Positions 39,033 to 42,780 of a stretch of DNA of 42,780 nucleotides are shown piece by piece. Origin of the DNA: a virus (lineage: Duplodnaviria > Caudoviricetes). Every line of letters begins with the position of its first letter. The first letter of the stretch is position 1. The stretch lies in IMG/VR virus record IMGVR_UViG_3300025575_000025, positions 1-42,780 of that record. The stretch is one strand, 5' to 3'. A program made the position numbers and the translations under genes. Below the pieces are notes generated by a model. That model was not told the origin of the DNA, ran no database searches, and saw only the letters and a list, made by a program, of their open reading frames with translations.

Positions 39033-39221
39033 ATGAATTTAATTATTAAAAATGCTGACGATGTAATTATTCAAAAAAGCAATGGTATAAGTATTCCACA
39101 ACAGATAGCATATACAAGTGTAGATGATTTGTTTATAGAGGGAGTGGAATATTGTATTTTTAGAAAAACATTTAATACACAAGATAATGAATTAGAAATT
39201 ATTGTTGATAAAGCAGAATAA
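39033..39221 (+). CDS. hypothetical protein
   Basis: RBS GGAAGGTG before ATG 39033; stop overlaps site 39219. Confidence 0.7.
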   Translation: MNLIIKNADDVIIQKSNGISIPQQIAYTSVDDLFIEGVEYCIFRKTFNTQDNELEIIVDKAE

Positions 39222-39255
39222 AACGTGAATTTGAATGGAGGAGGATGTATTTATA

Positions 39256-39522
39256 ATGGCTAATTATTTTAAAGGTGCGGATAACTTGCTCCTACAAGAG
39301 TATTTTGAATTGAAGGTAAAACTTAGTGAATTGCAAGTAACGAGAGGATATTGTAGTAGGATCTTTCATAATACAGATGGTATAGATAAAGAAATTAGAG
39401 AAACGGAAATAAGTATAGTTGAGACAATAAGTATGTTTGATTTGTTCCAATTGACGCAAATTATCCATATGGGTTTAAATATTGACTATGATGGATTAGT
39501 AGAAGAAGGAGCTATACATTAA
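39256..39522 (+). CDS. hypothetical protein (cassette)
   Basis: GGAGGAGG RBS right after site 39219; stop overlaps site 39520. Confidence 0.75.
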   Translation: MANYFKGADNLLLQEYFELKVKLSELQVTRGYCSRIFHNTDGIDKEIRETEISIVETISMFDLFQLTQIIHMGLNIDYDGLVEEGAIH

Positions 39523-39559
39523 AAATGTGGTTTTAATGTGTAGAAAAGGAGAGATACAT

Positions 39560-39721
39560 ATGAATGTAGAATATGTTTTTAAACATAGAGTAGACAAGGA
39601 TACCCAGTACAAGAGTTTTATAATGCAAGAAGTGGAGGATGGAGATGCTAAAAGTTATATTGCTAGTATGAACTTAGACGGCTATGATTTAATAGAAAGA
39701 AATTACTTTGAGAGGGCTTAA
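39560..39721 (+). CDS. hypothetical protein (cassette)
   Basis: AAGGAG RBS; stop overlaps site 39719. Confidence 0.7.
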   Translation: MNVEYVFKHRVDKDTQYKSFIMQEVEDGDAKSYIASMNLDGYDLIERNYFERA

Positions 39722-39749
39722 AATCAAGATTTGAACGGAGGTTAGAATT

Positions 39750-39929
39750 ATGTTCAATGTAATGGAGAAAAAGAATCCTAGACCCACATTTCGTAGTGAT
39801 ATAGTAGTTAAAACCGTATATGCGGTATTAGAAGATAGTAGTGGGTTCCCAAAGTTTCTATTCTATGAAGACGGACAATGGATTTACCACTCTGCTAAAC
39901 TCTATGAACCATACGGTATTTATGATTAA
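39750..39929 (+). CDS. 59-aa hypothetical protein (cassette)
   Basis: Not in track; GGAGGT RBS right after site 39719; ..TVYAVLEDSSGFPKFLFYEDGQW.. Confidence 0.7.
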   Translation: MFNVMEKKNPRPTFRSDIVVKTVYAVLEDSSGFPKFLFYEDGQWIYHSAKLYEPYGIYD

Positions 39930-40001
39930 CCAATCTTTACATTTAATCGTATTAATGCAATCTAATGTAAACAATAAATAATATAATTGGAGTGATCACA
40001 T

Positions 40002-40193
40002 ATGGCAAAAGCAACTGTTAGTATTGAAATATGTCCAAATTGTGGTAGTAAACATGTTAATAAATTAGACTGGAGTGGCTATTTTTGCATGGACTGTGAT
40101 TGTGAAATAGACAAGAATGGTAAATTATTTAGTATTACATATGCAGGAGAATTGGTAGATTATGAAGTCAATGAATTTGCTAATATTAATTAG
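40002..40193 (+). CDS. zinc-ribbon protein
   Basis: CPNCGS...YFCMDC. Confidence 0.75.
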   Translation: MAKATVSIEICPNCGSKHVNKLDWSGYFCMDCDCEIDKNGKLFSITYAGELVDYEVNEFANIN

Positions 40194-40208
40194 GAAGGAG
40201 GGAATAAT

Positions 40209-40388
40209 ATGAATATTTTATTGATGAATAAGAATGATGATGTTGTTGCAACGTATTTGCCTAATCATAGTGACTTTGAACAGGGTGACGTTGTTAGTAT
40301 TTTTGGCAAGGATAGTGAGGTTTTAGAAATTGAAAAGTATACTAAATTAGGTGCTGGAGAGCATGTTACTTTAGTGTTGGTTAAATAG
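40209..40388 (+). CDS. 59-aa hypothetical protein
   Basis: Not in track; AAGGAGGG RBS. Confidence 0.65.
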   Translation: MNILLMNKNDDVVATYLPNHSDFEQGDVVSIFGKDSEVLEIEKYTKLGAGEHVTLVLVK

Positions 40389-40408
40389 GAAGGAGATATA
40401 AAATACAT

Positions 40409-40702
40409 ATGTTTTTTATTACTGGAATTGAGAAATTAGATAAGGATTTTGGAATAGACGGATCAAGATGTTTTGGTTATAAGGAAACATTTAAGGAAGC
40501 AGATCAATCGGTAAGAGAAAATTGTTGTGATATTAATGAAACAATTTATGATTTTGTTGTGATTGAATTTATTGAATCTGGATTACACCAAACTTGTTTA
40601 GCAAAAAGATGGTTTTATATGTTTAATTATATTTTTGGGATTTATGAGCAGATTGAAGAGCCTGTAGAGGTTAAAGGATTTTGTAATTTCTCTATTGGAT
40701 AA
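40409..40702 (+). CDS. hypothetical protein
   Basis: AAGGAG RBS, 97 aa. Confidence 0.8.
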   Translation: MFFITGIEKLDKDFGIDGSRCFGYKETFKEADQSVRENCCDINETIYDFVVIEFIESGLHQTCLAKRWFYMFNYIFGIYEQIEEPVEVKGFCNFSIG

Positions 40703-40763
40703 GCCCATTCAATCAAGTATTTCGAAGGATTAATTACAAATAAAAATAAAGGAGTTTTAACAA

Positions 40764-41201
40764 GTGAATACTTTAGAAATGGCAATTGAATTAAGGAAGA
40801 ATCCAGAGTTAAAAGCAAACTGTGTTGTTGGCGATAAATTATGGAAAGTAAAATGCGTTAATGGTAGTATAATGTGGGATGATAATAGAGAATCAAAATT
40901 CCTTGATATGAGTGATTGTTTACTAAACCATAATAATTGGAACGTGTATAAAGAAGAAAAGAAAAAAGTAGATGTATTTCATCGGTTGAACATTTCACTT
41001 AAAAATGGTATTGGGGAATTACCTCATGATAAAAATATTATTGGTGATATTCACGTACTAACTTTAGATGGGAAATTACATACAATTAGACCAATTGGGA
41101 AAATATTCGCAGTTCCTACAGATGACGAGGAAGTTAATGTAATGTTTAAATATGAAGTTATGGGCTGTTGTTGTACTTTTTATGCTAATGATTTCTGTTG
41201 A
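40764..41201 (+). CDS. hypothetical protein (cassette)
   Basis: AAGGAG RBS; between sites 40709 and 41199. Confidence 0.75.
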   Translation: MNTLEMAIELRKNPELKANCVVGDKLWKVKCVNGSIMWDDNRESKFLDMSDCLLNHNNWNVYKEEKKKVDVFHRLNISLKNGIGELPHDKNIIGDIHVLTLDGKLHTIRPIGKIFAVPTDDEEVNVMFKYEVMGCCCTFYANDFC

Positions 41202-41237
41202 AATAAATATTTTAACGGGTAGGAAAGGAGTTGTTAC

Positions 41238-41444
41238 ATGGGATCATTTTTCTTAATATTTGTTCTTCCACAACTTATAGCATGGTTATTAGCATGGAAA
41301 CGTATTTTAAAACCAATAGCTATATTGACTTTCATTCTAGGAGTTGCGTTTTATAAATTAACTGGTGGATACATAGATGTATTAATCATAAGTATGGAGT
41401 TGGCATTTGTAGGATTGGGATATGAAATGATTAAATCGGCTTAA
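41238..41444 (+). CDS. small membrane protein (about 3 TM)
   Basis: Highly hydrophobic 68 aa; AAGGAG RBS. Confidence 0.75.
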   Translation: MGSFFLIFVLPQLIAWLLAWKRILKPIAILTFILGVAFYKLTGGYIDVLIISMELAFVGLGYEMIKSA

Positions 41445-41481
41445 ATGGATTATAAATAATCAAACCATATAAACTCCAAAT

Positions 41482-41724
41482 TTGATGGGAATAGAAAAGG
41501 AAGTGAAACTAATGACATTTAATGAGGTATGGACAAAAGGTGAGGGTCTTTTTTCAAGTAAACCTATACTCAAAAGAGTAGCAAGGCAGAAATGGATTGA
41601 TGAATTCAACATTAAATGGGTGCAGTTTAACAAAGGTATTATGGTTTATAAATGGAATGACGATAGCTTTGAAAAATATGACCATAGCGAAGACAAAGAA
41701 GATGATTGGGTAGAACTAACATGA
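41482..41724 (+). CDS. hypothetical protein (cassette)
   Basis: True start likely ATG 41512; stop overlaps site 41722. Confidence 0.7.
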   Translation: MMGIEKEVKLMTFNEVWTKGEGLFSSKPILKRVARQKWIDEFNIKWVQFNKGIMVYKWNDDSFEKYDHSEDKEDDWVELT

Positions 41725-41756
41725 ATGAGCCGTTTTAACGTGAGAGGAGGTAAACC

Positions 41757-41927
41757 ATGTTTGAGATTGAAAATGTCCATGAATGTAATCCTAGGAAAAT
41801 AGGATACAATGATCCTCTAGTTGTTGTACAAAAAATTGATGGAGAATGGCAAATCTTATTGAAAGACGGGATTGGAATCAGTGCGCTAATTAGTTATTGT
41901 CCTTTTTGTGGATGTATCTTAGATTAA
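41757..41927 (+). CDS. 56-aa protein with C-terminal YCPFCG motif (cassette)
   Basis: Not in track; GAGGAGGT RBS right after site 41722; stop overlaps site 41925. Confidence 0.7.
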   Translation: MFEIENVHECNPRKIGYNDPLVVVQKIDGEWQILLKDGIGISALISYCPFCGCILD

Positions 41928-42091
41928 ATGTATGATTTTAATCTAAGATTGTGTAATAAAAGGAGTAAAATAAGGACAAATAGTGCTTGAATTACAAAAT
42001 AAAGTAGGCTATAATAACTAATAGATAATATTTTATGTATAAAGGACAAAATAACTGACATACTATATCACATAAGGAATAAACAGAAGGA

Positions 42092-42478
42092 GTGATAAGT
42101 ATGCATCAGTTGAATCGAGGTGATATATGTTTAGTTAATCTACCTGATAGTGGAGGAACTTCATTGCAAAACGGTTTTCAGCGTCCTATGATAATTGCAT
42201 CGAATAATAAGGCCAATCAATATTCGAGTGTGATCCACGCAATTCCTCTCACAACCAAGGCAAAACGTTGGATGCCAACTCATTGTATTATTCCAACATC
42301 GACAGGGTTAGCAAGGGAATCTACAGCTATGTGTGAGCAAATAATGTTATTACCTAAAAAATCATTTTCTCAAAAGATCGCATTCTGTGATGATTTTATT
42401 ATGTCAAAGGTGGATGCAGGAATCATGGTGCAGTTTGGATTAATGGATAATAAATATAATAGTGCGTTGGCAAATTAA
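42092..42478 (+). CDS. mazF: PemK/MazF-family endoribonuclease (orphan)
   Basis: RGDICLVNL...QNG..RPMIIASNNKAN..S.VI.AIPLTT...GL...STAMCEQI; own promoter TTGAAT-17-TATAAT (41987-42015); start likely ATG 42101. Confidence 0.85.
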   Translation: MISMHQLNRGDICLVNLPDSGGTSLQNGFQRPMIIASNNKANQYSSVIHAIPLTTKAKRWMPTHCIIPTSTGLARESTAMCEQIMLLPKKSFSQKIAFCDDFIMSKVDAGIMVQFGLMDNKYNSALAN

Positions 42479-42501
42479 ATATGAAAGAGAGGAGGTATGA
42501 A

Positions 42502-42780
42502 TTGTTAATTAGTAAAACTTCAACAACAAAATGGAATCAAGCTACAAGAAAGTATTACGAGGGTAAAGGTTATGTATTTACAAAATATTATGAGGAATTT
42601 GAGGTTAAGATAAGTGATTTGTCTGATGGTTCTCAAGTTCCTGTTGAGGTTGAATGTGATAAATGCGATGAAATATATAGTGTAATATGGAAGAACTATA
42701 AATCACATGTTCACGAGGACGATAAATACTATTGTAAAAAATGTGCTACAGGATTGTTTGGTTCAGAAAGAACAAGAAAA
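42502..42780 (+). CDS. probable HNH/zinc-ribbon endonuclease, N-terminal part (partial)
   Basis: Not in track; GGAGGT RBS, TTG; MLISKTSTTKWNQATRKYYEGKGY.FT...F.VKI.DL..GS...VEVECDKC...YYCKKC. Confidence 0.6.
   Translation, partial: MLISKTSTTKWNQATRKYYEGKGYVFTKYYEEFEVKISDLSDGSQVPVEVECDKCDEIYSVIWKNYKSHVHEDDKYYCKKCATGLFGSERTRK

Larger units (their letters stand above)
32431..41941 (+). repeat. dispersed 17-bp TNAAW-N6-TTTNAW junction sites delimiting gene cassettes
   Basis: Copies at 32431, 33206, 33661, 33856, 35303, 36825, 39219, 39520, 39719, 40709, 41199, 41470, 41722, 41925 (degenerate 34061, ~39930); all at gene junctions or intergenic, several overlapping stop codons. Confidence 0.7.
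1..42780. mobile_element. SPbeta-like temperate phage/prophage segment (late-operon start, divergence zone, early accessory region)
   Basis: Gene order resembling SPbeta yonG/yonJ/yonK/HU/yonO/yonV; many small phage-type ORFs, HNH endonucleases, no host genes. Confidence 0.9.

Noticed and set aside
32431-41941. Classical integron attC array
   Set aside because: No GTTRRRY/RYYYAAC cores or long attC hairpins, and the recombinase is too short and lacks an evident IntI-specific insertion; the junction sites are reported as a different type
1-42780. CRISPR array or solitary CRISPR repeat (ATTGAAAG words at 17454, 22207, 28558)
   Set aside because: No regularly spaced 28-37 nt repeats; the ATTGAAAG words run directly into Shine-Dalgarno sequences
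15566-42780. Complete arbitrium (aimR-aimP) locus, retron or diversity-generating retroelement
   Set aside because: No TPR-type receptor and no reverse transcriptase motifs in any ORF in the window

Overview
AT-rich (roughly 30% GC by eye) segment of a large SPbeta-like temperate phage/prophage of a Firmicute, probably Clostridia-like; no host housekeeping genes are seen. The left arm (1-13439, minus strand) resembles the SPbeta yonG-yonJ-yonK-yonN(HU)-yonO...yonV block. It includes a YonO-type single-subunit RNA polymerase (DVDGD motif), ClpP-like protease, PIN-PhoH ATPase, HNH-AP2 endonuclease and a YonV-like P-loop NTPase. A ~2.1 kb non-coding divergence zone (13440-15565) switches abruptly from G/T-rich to A/C-rich and carries a TACTAT short-repeat array; it is a candidate genome end/packaging site or origin. 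The right arm (plus strand) begins with an early 'host-takeover'-style series of promoter-small ORF-terminator units with a recurrent TGTAAAATAAT box and ~10-bp-phased spacers. It also holds a DarB-like methyltransferase-SF2 helicase, a minimal Zn-ribbon tyrosine recombinase, Mom-like and PAPS-reductase-like genes and an orphan MazF. The most striking unexplained structure is a 17-bp site, TNAAW-N6-TTTNAW, that recurs at gene junctions. A dense run starts 5 nt after the recombinase stop codon, and the site often overlaps one gene's stop and precedes the next gene's RBS, suggesting a recombinase-driven, integron-like but non-attC gene-cassette array. All family calls come from motif recognition, not database searches.
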